From a candidate division WOR-3 bacterium (GTDB taxonomy: Bacteria > Hydrothermota > Tepidihabitantia > Tepidihabitantales > Tepidihabitantaceae): DNA of 10,779 nt. Shown here piece after piece: positions 1 to 6,236 of the stretch (the first letter of the stretch is position 1; every line of letters begins with the position of its first letter). The stretch lies in NCBI GenBank assembly GCA_965648935.1, contig CBFGIY010000075.1, forward strand, positions 1 through 10,779, read 5' to 3'. The notes beneath the pieces are model-generated. The model was not told the origin of the DNA. It saw only the letters and a list, made by a program, of their open reading frames with translations, and ran no database searches. A program made the position numbers and the translations under genes.

Positions 1-265
1 TCTTCCGGCCCATGCCGAGCCAGTTGAAGCGCGACAGGGGCAGTCGCGACACGCCGCCGCGGTTCATCATGCCCATCATCTTCTGGACGAACCCCTTGCC
101 GCCGCGCAGCCGTCCCTTGTCCTTCTTCACTACATTCAGACCCCAGCAGGCGAAGAACACGGTCACGTCCATGCCGGCCTCAGCGAAGCTCTTGGCCAAG
201 AGCAGCGACTTGTGGGCCTTGTCCATATTGCCGCTGAACAGGAAGATTACGGCCTTGTCCTGCAT
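1..265 (-). CDS. DsrE/DsrF/DrsH-like (DsrE2-type) sulfur-carrier protein, 5' part; runs off the window edge
   Basis: Not in the ORF track. Hand translation from ATG 265: MQDKAVIFLFSGNMDKAHKSLLLAKSFAEAGMDVTVFFACWGLNVVKKDKGRLRGGKGFVQKMMGMMNRGGVSRLPLSRFNWLGMGRK. Matches DsrE2-family motifs (FSGxxDK, GxxVTVFFxxWGL, LPLSxxNxxGMG). SD AGGAGA at 278-273. Confidence 0.88.
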   Translation of the reverse strand, partial: MQDKAVIFLFSGNMDKAHKSLLLAKSFAEAGMDVTVFFACWGLNVVKKDKGRLRGGKGFVQKMMGMMNRGGVSRLPLSRFNWLGMGRK

Positions 266-386
266 TGTGATGTCTCCTGTTGGTTTGCGCCGAGCCCCGG
301 ACGAGACGACGACGTCGCATCAGGGCCGGCTGGTTGGGACTTCGGGCTATTGTGTTTGTGGGGATGGTTGGTCTGCAGGGTGGTCA

Positions 387-425
387 GGACTCGACCGAGT
401 CCCATGGTGACTCGAGTCACGGGAC
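387..425. repeat. Nested inverted repeats in the dsrE2 leader
   Basis: Perfect 14-bp palindrome GTGACTCGAGTCAC (407-420) enclosed by GTCCC (399-403)/GGGAC (421-425); overlapping 7-2-7 inverted repeat GGACTCG-ac-CGAGTCC (387-402). Confidence 0.8.
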
Positions 426-458
426 GCACCCCGTCGGCCGTCGTCTACTGCAGTTCAC
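417..458 (-). CDS. Putative 13-aa leader peptide (MNCSRRRPTGCVP)
   Basis: GTG at 458 lies 7 nt after the TAGAAT -10 box, the same geometry as the two arsR starts. TGA at 419-417. Too short to support by homology. Confidence 0.25.
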   Translation of the reverse strand: MNCSRRRPTGCVP

Positions 459-465
459 AATGGTG

Positions 466-493
466 ATTCTAGACTGAAGTCATCCACAGTCAA
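466..493 (-). promoter_or_regulatory. Sigma70-type promoter for dsrE2
   Basis: TTGACT (493-488) - 16 bp - TAGAAT (471-466). Confidence 0.7.
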
Positions 494-588
494 GCACAAG
501 GGTGACCGGAGGCGCGGATGGCGAAGACAATGCGACCGCGCGTGACTTTGCCGCAGTAGCAGACAAGCGGGTTGGTCTGTGTCTTCAC
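490..588 (-). pseudogene. Truncated copy of the BFD-like Cys protein gene (10403-10648)
   Basis: Translates MKTQTNPLVCYCGKVTRGRIVFAIRASGHPCA*. nt 511-572 match 10580-10641 at 56/62 positions, then similarity stops. AGAGGA lies upstream of GTG 588. Confidence 0.85.
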
Positions 589-623
589 TGTCGAGTCCTC
601 TGTCCCGCAGCGCCCATCCATGG

Positions 624-863
624 CTACTTGCCCCCGGCGAAGAGCTTCTTCAGTTCGTCCTTGGACGGGACCTTTCCCTGCGCGACCACCTTGCCGTCAA
701 TCACTAGGCCGGGCGTCATGAAGACGCCCATCGCGGCGAACTTCTTCAGTTCGGTGATATGCTCGATGTCGGCCGCGATGTTCATCTCGGCAAGTACATC
801 AATGACGCGCTTCTCAAGTTCCTGACACCGGGCACAGCCGATTCCGAGTATCTGGACTTTCAC
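624..863 (-). CDS. Small thioredoxin-like redox-active disulfide protein (MTH895/Thioredoxin_3 type)
   Basis: GIGCARC (CxxC), GVFMTPGLVIDG cis-Pro motif, 79 aa, SD AAGAGGAG before GTG 863. The family is typical of ars clusters. Confidence 0.93.
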   Translation of the reverse strand: MKVQILGIGCARCQELEKRVIDVLAEMNIAADIEHITELKKFAAMGVFMTPGLVIDGKVVAQGKVPSKDELKKLFAGGK

Positions 864-917
864 CTTGTTACTCCTCTTGGTTGCATCAACCTCGTACGGA
901 CTTATCCGGATGGTGTC

Positions 918-2606
918 TCACGGACTCTGTCCTACCCGCGTGTCCAGCACACCGATCTCAAGGCCAAACTGGTTTGGCAAGCCGGAGACTACGACCCTCT
1001 TTCCATTGTGGAACACATCCCAGGCAGGACTTACGCCGTCTCTCCGTAGGCCATCCCCGAAGTCCTTACCTTTGTTCCACACGGACACCACCCAGCGCCC
1101 GCCTTGTGACAGGAATCGTCTCTTCAGCGGCATCTCGTATCTCGTCATTCGGTCATGTACGGGATTCAGGACGATGCGTACCCCGTTGGGAATGCTCGCG
1201 CGCAGGCCGAAACTGTCGACCACCGTACGACTGGTCCTATCGTACTTGCCTGTGCCGTTGATCTCACCGCAAAGAAGCACGCAGCAGTTTCCTGTCATCC
1301 TGCGGGGCAGCTCTTCCCGCACGAAGCGCTGCAGAACGCCGGCCGACACACCAGCTAGCTTGGCGAACCACTGCCTGAGGGGATACTCATTCCACGTACC
1401 CTTCGCGTAGTGGTGCACTACATACCGGACTGCGTTCCTGGCCGTGCCTTCCTCCCTGTATTCCTCCAGTAGTACCGCCTTTATGTTCTTCAGAGGTTGG
1501 AGCGTGGCCTGGAGGTCGTAGTTTTCTCGCTGGACAAGGCCGTACAGCGAAAACAGCACGGTATCGCAGCCCTGCTGATCCAGCAGGTTGAGCACATTCT
1601 GCATCGAGTGGCTGAAGTCTCGATACCCATTGGGGAACGCCTTGGTATAGTCTCTTGAGACAAGGCCCAGCTTTGTTGCACTCAATTGAGGAGGACGTAC
1701 GCTGGAAGTCTCACATGACCTGCCGGTGCGACCGGCGAGACTGCCGATTCTGTGAGGCTGCCTTCTGCGCTGCAGCAGCTCACTGAAGCGAAGCCTGTCG
1801 TGAGCACTCCCGGGATTCAATGAGCACCATGCGATGTCCCCCATTTTGATCCTCAGTGTCGGATTCAACCCTGCAGTCAGTGGTAGGAAGTCACGTAGGG
1901 TGTCATACCAGGCCCGCTGTTCATCACGAAAGACCGGGTCGCGGTCACTGGCCCGAGTCTCGTCGCAGCAGCTCATCCACTCCTGTCTATCGAAGCCAAG
2001 CGGCAGATTCACTGGGTAGTGGAAGAGCGCGACATGCCGAGCTGCTGTGAAATGCTGAGACTCGTCGAACTCTACGACCATGTTTGCGTCTGGGACGAAT
2101 GCGTCGCAACGCGGTAGGTTACTCAACCTCACGAAATCGCGGTGGCCCCTGTGTTGCTCCAGAGCAGCGTGGATGCGCTTCAGAGCATCATAGCCGCTCT
2201 TGGAGCGGTAACCATCCAATCTTGCCGGCACGAGAATCTTGTGGTCAACCTTCACATTTCCATACGTTCGACGCAGGAATTCAATGAGAGCATTCTTACA
2301 GTCACTGCACCGGCCGTCGTGTCGCGATGCCTCTCCGGGCGGAGGATGCACCTCAGGGCCTGTAACCTCGAAACCAAGGTTCTTCAGGAGGTTGTTAGTC
2401 TCCCTGCCTCCGCTGAATTCGGACGGGCGAAGCTCACGGCCGCACGCGAAGCGGCTGGCCAACGAAAGAATCAGCTTTGGTGAATAGTCTCGTCCCCGAA
2501 AATGGAGATGGAACTTCTTGGCCATCCTGTGCTCGGGCGCTCCATTCTTGTTTATCTCTTGGATGGCCATGAGTACATGTTCGCGTCGGATATGCCTAGG
2601 TATCAT
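918..2606 (-). CDS. 562-aa multidomain hypothetical protein: restriction-enzyme-type N-terminal domain + putative Vsr/PD-(D/E)XK-like nuclease + degenerate carbon-nitrogen hydrolase-like domain
   Basis: Long uninterrupted ORF. aa 1-80 IRREHVLxAI...YSPKxILSLA...FSGGxETNxxLxxLGF; HxxxCxxC; PRCDxFVP...VVEFDESQHF...RDEQRAWYDxLRD; C-terminal GCDTVLF...VLLCGE...IVLNPVH...VVSVWN. Confidence 0.75.
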   Translation of the reverse strand: MIPRHIRREHVLMAIQEINKNGAPEHRMAKKFHLHFRGRDYSPKLILSLASRFACGRELRPSEFSGGRETNNLLKNLGFEVTGPEVHPPPGEASRHDGRCSDCKNALIEFLRRTYGNVKVDHKILVPARLDGYRSKSGYDALKRIHAALEQHRGHRDFVRLSNLPRCDAFVPDANMVVEFDESQHFTAARHVALFHYPVNLPLGFDRQEWMSCCDETRASDRDPVFRDEQRAWYDTLRDFLPLTAGLNPTLRIKMGDIAWCSLNPGSAHDRLRFSELLQRRRQPHRIGSLAGRTGRSCETSSVRPPQLSATKLGLVSRDYTKAFPNGYRDFSHSMQNVLNLLDQQGCDTVLFSLYGLVQRENYDLQATLQPLKNIKAVLLEEYREEGTARNAVRYVVHHYAKGTWNEYPLRQWFAKLAGVSAGVLQRFVREELPRRMTGNCCVLLCGEINGTGKYDRTSRTVVDSFGLRASIPNGVRIVLNPVHDRMTRYEMPLKRRFLSQGGRWVVSVWNKGKDFGDGLRRDGVSPAWDVFHNGKRVVVSGLPNQFGLEIGVLDTRVGQSP

Positions 2607-2612
2607 GTTTGA

Positions 2613-2751
2613 TTATACAACGGCGCCATAGGCCAGGCCAGCCAAGGTCGAAAGCACAACCACGAGTCCGACGTAAGTCAGGCCTTTCTTTGCTCCAATC
2701 ATCCGGATGATGACAATCATCGAGGGCACGGACAGGGCCGGCAAGGAGCAG
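2613..2751 (-). pseudogene. 3' remnant of an ArsP/DUF318-family permease gene
   Basis: Reads LLLAGP, then a frameshift, then PALSVPSMIVIIRMIGAKKGLTYVGLVVVLSTLAGLAYGAVV* (TAA 2615-2613). This is the typical permease C-terminus (LLAGPALSxPSM). No 5' part is present. Confidence 0.8.
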
Positions 2752-2810
2752 TATGTCCTTCGAGCCCCAACTGCAGCTCGGTTCGTTCCTGACGCAACAA
2801 CCTGACGCGA

Positions 2811-3221
2811 CTACTTGCCCGAGTTCAGCAACTTCTTCAACTCATCCTTGGACGGGACCTTTCCCTGCGCGACCACCTTGCCGTCGACCACCAGCCCCGG
2901 CGTCATGAAGACGCCCATCGCGGCAAACTTCTTCAGCTCGGTCACGTGTTCGACGCCGGCGGCGATGCCCAGTTCCGCCAGAGCGTCGATGACGTGTTTC
3001 TCAAGTTCGATGCAGCGGGGACAGCCGACTCCCAGTATCTTGATGTCCATGGCATCTCCCTTACCCGGATTCTCTGCCTGAGCGCCGCAGCACGACGCAC
3101 TCTCTTCGGCCGCGCCATTCTTCTCCGGTTCCTCGGCTATCTCCTCGATATTCAGGTTGCAGCAACCCGACTTCTTGCCGCCGAAGACACCTTGCAGCAG
3201 GCCTTTCTTCTTTTCGTTCAT
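2811..3221 (-). CDS. Small thioredoxin-like protein with a 57-aa N-terminal extension carrying two CC pairs
   Basis: SD AAGGAG before ATG 3221; GCC and SCCG in the extension. The C-terminal 79 aa (from ATG 3050, own SD GGGAG) contain GCPRC and are 62/79 identical to 624-863. Confidence 0.9.
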   Translation of the reverse strand: MNEKKKGLLQGVFGGKKSGCCNLNIEEIAEEPEKNGAAEESASCCGAQAENPGKGDAMDIKILGVGCPRCIELEKHVIDALAELGIAAGVEHVTELKKFAAMGVFMTPGLVVDGKVVAQGKVPSKDELKKLLNSGK

Positions 3222-3236
3222 TTCTGGTCTCCTTAT

Positions 3237-4121
3237 CTAGAACAGGTAAAACGCGTATCCGGCCAGCACGGCGGTCAGGAACACGACGGCCACGAATACC
3301 GCGACGAGGCGAGTCTTGAATATGCCGGCGAGCATGCTCATCTCGGGGATACTCATACCCGCGCCGCCGATAATCAGGGCGATGACCGCTCCAAGGCTCA
3401 TGCCTTTCTGGGTAAGCGCCACCGCGACCGGGATGACGGTCTCGGCCCTGACGTAAAGCGGGACGCCGATGATTGCAGCCACCGGTATGGCGAATGGATT
3501 CTGCGGGCCGGCGATGCGGGTGATGAAGTCACTCGGCAGGTAGCCATAGATGACTGCGCCGATGGCCACGCCGATGAGCAGGTATGCCAGCACCCCGCGG
3601 AAGTCGCCCCACGCGCCGATGAATGACCGGCGGAGTTTGGCGCCGAATGTCGGCAGCTTCTCGCGCGCCCCGGCGCCGCCGCTGATGCGCACGTGCTTCA
3701 CGTCTTTAGACAGGCCGAGCATCTGCAGAACCGCCCCGCTTGCCATTGCCACGACGAACGTCGTTACTCCGTAGATCAGGCAGGCCTTCCAGCCGACCAG
3801 CGCCAGTAACATCGTCAGGATAATCGGGTTCAGCAGCGGCGATGCCAGGACAAATGACATTACCGCGCCGAACGGCACGCCGGCTCGCAAGAGGCCGACC
3901 GTCAACGGAATCGTGGAGCAGGAGCAGAAGGGCGTGACGGCCCCGAGCGCCGCGCCGAGGAAGTTGCCCACCAGCCCCCGGCGAGAGAGCCACCGGCCGA
4001 GCTTCTCGTTGGAAACGTACTCGAACACCAGGCCGACCAGCGTGCTGATGCCCAGGAACAGGACGGTGAGTTCCGCCAGGATGAGGCCGAAGAAGCGAAG
4101 CGAGACCAGGAGTGAGTTCAT
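3237..4121 (-). CDS. arsP: ArsP/DUF318-family permease (possible organoarsenical efflux)
   Basis: Polytopic hydrophobic protein with TPFCSCSTIP, ASPLLNP, GVPLY and GAGMSIPE motifs; ATGA overlap with the upstream arsR. Confidence 0.88.
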   Translation of the reverse strand: MNSLLVSLRFFGLILAELTVLFLGISTLVGLVFEYVSNEKLGRWLSRRGLVGNFLGAALGAVTPFCSCSTIPLTVGLLRAGVPFGAVMSFVLASPLLNPIILTMLLALVGWKACLIYGVTTFVVAMASGAVLQMLGLSKDVKHVRISGGAGAREKLPTFGAKLRRSFIGAWGDFRGVLAYLLIGVAIGAVIYGYLPSDFITRIAGPQNPFAIPVAAIIGVPLYVRAETVIPVAVALTQKGMSLGAVIALIIGGAGMSIPEMSMLAGIFKTRLVAVFVAVVFLTAVLAGYAFYLF

Positions 4122-4495
4122 CTTCTTTTCTCTTCTGCACGTCTCAGTGCTCTCAGCTTCTTCAGTGTCGTCATCGACTTGTCATCCGCCAGGTAGTCGC
4201 AGAAGCAGCGCCACAAATACTCCTCGACGTGATTCCTCGGCCGCGAGAGCTTGTAGTACATCCACGTCCCGTCGCGGCGCGCCGTCACCAGACCGGCGGA
4301 CCGCATGAGTGAAAGATGGTGGGAAATCTTGTACTCCGGCTCACCCAGAATCTCAGCCAGCGTGCAGACGCACGTCTCACCCTTCGGCGAAAGGAGGACC
4401 GCCAGCCGCAGGCGCGTCGGGTCGGCCAGCACCTTCAGCGACGCCGCCTCCGCCGCCAGGTCCAGCTTCTGCTTAATATCTGCATATCTGTTCAT
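4118..4495 (-). CDS. arsR: ArsR/SmtB-family repressor (alpha3 CVC type)
   Basis: LKVLADPTRLRL, ETCVCTL (ELCVCDL-like), ISHHLSLMRSAGLV, RRDGTWMYY; extra CFC near the C-terminus. Start moved to ATG 4495 because the track's TTG 4531 is the -35 box. Confidence 0.92.
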   Translation of the reverse strand: MNRYADIKQKLDLAAEAASLKVLADPTRLRLAVLLSPKGETCVCTLAEILGEPEYKISHHLSLMRSAGLVTARRDGTWMYYKLSRPRNHVEEYLWRCFCDYLADDKSMTTLKKLRALRRAEEKRR

Positions 4496-4531
4496 ATCTA
4501 CAGATAATACACGCCTCGGCATTCCTGTCAA
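4476..4531 (-). promoter_or_regulatory. arsR promoter and ArsR/SmtB-type operator
   Basis: TTGACA (4531-4526) - 16 bp - TATTAT (4509-4504). Imperfect inverted repeat ATATGAACA-GA-TATGCAGAT (4497-4478) resembles the TGAA-N6-TTCA core of SmtB/CzrA operators. Confidence 0.8.
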
Positions 4532-4607
4532 CAGAATTCTCGCGGGCGGACGTGTTACGGGTTCGGCGCTTGCTGTATCAGGTCTGACCGCGCCAGCTTG
4601 TGCTTGG

Positions 4608-5135
4608 TCAGGCAGTCTGTCGTCGAGCCACTAACCGTTCTATGACCAATCCCATCAAGACGACAGCGGCTATCGTAAGAACCAGCCTCACGGCCATGAA
4701 CTTCACCCCGAGGAACTGCAGTTCGACGAGTTCCTGTGGAATGCTCATGCAAGCCCATGCGGATAAGAGGATGACGACGTTTGACACCCGAGCGCCCTTC
4801 TTGAGCAGTTCTGCCGCCATGGGAAACGCGGCATAGAGGGGACCGTTTGGCATCGCGCCCAGGAGTAGCGCAAAGGCTATTCCCTTCGGACCCGAAGCCT
4901 GCCCAAGATACTTGGTGACAGTGTCATTCGATACCCAGACTGCGAATAGTCCCATCAGTACCATCGCTGCGGGCAGGACTGCAGCCATCTCCACGAGAAG
5001 CCTCACGGAAGCCGCCCGCGTCGCTTGACCGCGGCCGGGAAAGACGATGACCAGCACCACTGCCACGGCCAGTATGACCCCGAACAGGACCCAGGGCCTG
5101 ACTGCCGACTTGCTGCGGTCGGTGCGGCGTCTCAC
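4608..5135 (-). CDS. Half-size ArsP/DUF318-like permease subunit B
   Basis: 175 aa, hydrophobic; MGLFAVWVS...KYLG..SGxKG, GPLYAAFP, ELQFLG motifs; GTGA overlap with subunit A. Confidence 0.82.
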   Translation of the reverse strand: MRRRTDRSKSAVRPWVLFGVILAVAVVLVIVFPGRGQATRAASVRLLVEMAAVLPAAMVLMGLFAVWVSNDTVTKYLGQASGPKGIAFALLLGAMPNGPLYAAFPMAAELLKKGARVSNVVILLSAWACMSIPQELVELQFLGVKFMAVRLVLTIAAVVLMGLVIERLVARRQTA

Positions 5136-5614
5136 AGGATCACTCCCATTATGAGCGCGATGGCAACGGCGAGGACGAGACTCATCGCATTTCTGGACAG
5201 CGCCAGTCTCTTGCCCAGCAATTCCGCTTCCAGGGGCAGGGTGACCAATCCGACCATCGTCAGCGTCGTAATGAAGGCAGCGACGGCACCAACGGATGCG
5301 CCGCTCCTGACGAAGGAACCGGCGAGAGGGAACGCAACTATCGAAGGGATGTACAGCACGGCACCGACTGCCGCGGCGATGAGTACGCCGATCAAACCTG
5401 ACTCGCGGCCGATGGTCCTTGAAATCAGGCCTCCAGGTACGAAGCCCAGCAGCAAACCGACAAGGACGACCACGGTAAGTGCCATCGGCAGGACTTTCAG
5501 GAACGACCTCGCAGCAATTGCCAGAGCGTGAAGGCAGCGTGTTCTGTCCCTGAAGAAAGCACCCACGAGGCAGCCGAGGGCGAGGACGTTTATGATGACG
5601 GCCGGTAGACTCAC
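5132..5614 (-). CDS. Half-size ArsP/DUF318-like permease subunit A
   Basis: 160 aa, hydrophobic; GRESG, IPSIVAFPLAG, FITTLTMVGxVTLPLE...LG motifs; SD GGAGAG before GTG 5614. Confidence 0.82.
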   Translation of the reverse strand: MSLPAVIINVLALGCLVGAFFRDRTRCLHALAIAARSFLKVLPMALTVVVLVGLLLGFVPGGLISRTIGRESGLIGVLIAAAVGAVLYIPSIVAFPLAGSFVRSGASVGAVAAFITTLTMVGLVTLPLEAELLGKRLALSRNAMSLVLAVAIALIMGVIL

Positions 5615-5737
5615 CGGATCACTCTCCGCTAATGCCGGCAGCGTTCGCTCGACCCACTGCTGTGTTTGAACCGGCGGGCATGAGCAGAGGCCGAGAGACC
5701 CGCCGCAGCGACTCGGCTCTCACGCGCGCCGGAGCGC

Positions 5738-5754
5738 CTCCGCCGCGGGCGGAG
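5738..5754. other. GC-rich hairpin just downstream of the cupin gene
   Basis: CTCCGCC-gcg-GGCGGAG, a 7-bp stem. No U-tract, so more likely a pause or stability element than an intrinsic terminator. Confidence 0.35.
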
Positions 5755-5760
5755 CGTCGG

Positions 5761-6153
5761 TCACACGGGCTGTTCCCGGGCTGCAGGAACGACTATCTGG
5801 ATGCCCAGGAGCCGCGCGCCCTGAGTCGAGTTCATCTCGATGGTGGCGGGCGCGGTCACCAGGCACTTGCCTTCGTCGAGCGCGAAGCTGCTCCCGTCAA
5901 CGCGCATCTCCACCTCGCCGCGCAGGACGACGAAGATGACCGATGATTCCATCCGGCAACTCGGCTGTGTCTCCCCAGGCGCAAGTTCGACAATCCGGGT
6001 CTTGAAGCCCGGACCGGAGGCGAACACATTTCTCTGCCGCTCTGCCCAAGGAAAGGCCGGCAGCGTCTTCAGGTCAACTGACTCGGCCGTTGCGGGCGCT
6101 ACTTTCTGCCCGACTTGCTGACGCAGGGATGCTTCTTCGTCGTGCCGTGGCAC
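5761..6153 (-). CDS. Cupin-domain protein (start uncertain)
   Basis: IVELAPGETQPSC...VIFVVLRGEVEMRVDG...LDEGKCLV beta-barrel pattern. The first ~18 codons overlap the 45-aa peptide gene. Confidence 0.8.
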   Translation of the reverse strand: MPRHDEEASLRQQVGQKVAPATAESVDLKTLPAFPWAERQRNVFASGPGFKTRIVELAPGETQPSCRMESSVIFVVLRGEVEMRVDGSSFALDEGKCLVTAPATIEMNSTQGARLLGIQIVVPAAREQPV

Positions 6154-6236
6154 TTCCGAATCTGCTCAGGCGTGCAGTCCTCGGGCTTGCCTTTCAGTTC
6201 CTTCGGGCACCGACACTTCTCTCTTCCACCACACAT
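6099..6236 (-). CDS. 45-aa Cys/His-rich peptide, metallothionein-like
   Basis: Not in the ORF track. AAGGAG (6249-6244) - 7 nt - ATG 6236. Sequence MCGGREKCRCPKELKGKPEDCTPEQIRKCHGTTKKHPCVSKSGRK*, with 6 Cys and 2 His. Confidence 0.8.
   Translation of the reverse strand: MCGGREKCRCPKELKGKPEDCTPEQIRKCHGTTKKHPCVSKSGRK

Noticed and set aside
290..350. Hammerhead ribozyme (CTGATG on the minus strand)
   Set aside because: The sequence is CTGATGC rather than CTGANGA, and no matching GAAA core is present.
417..492. Selenocysteine readthrough at TGA 492-490 or 419-417
   Set aside because: Homology to the BFD-like gene ends before the first TGA, and neither readthrough gives a recognisable protein.
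12..825. Plus-strand ORFs 12-410, 212-466, 280-477 and 502-825, and minus-strand ORF 247-429
   Set aside because: They shadow the dsrE2 gene, its leader and the thioredoxin; no motifs or convincing SD.
4496..4531. TTG start for arsR at 4531
   Set aside because: The TTG is the start of the TTGACA -35 box, and the extension spans the promoter.
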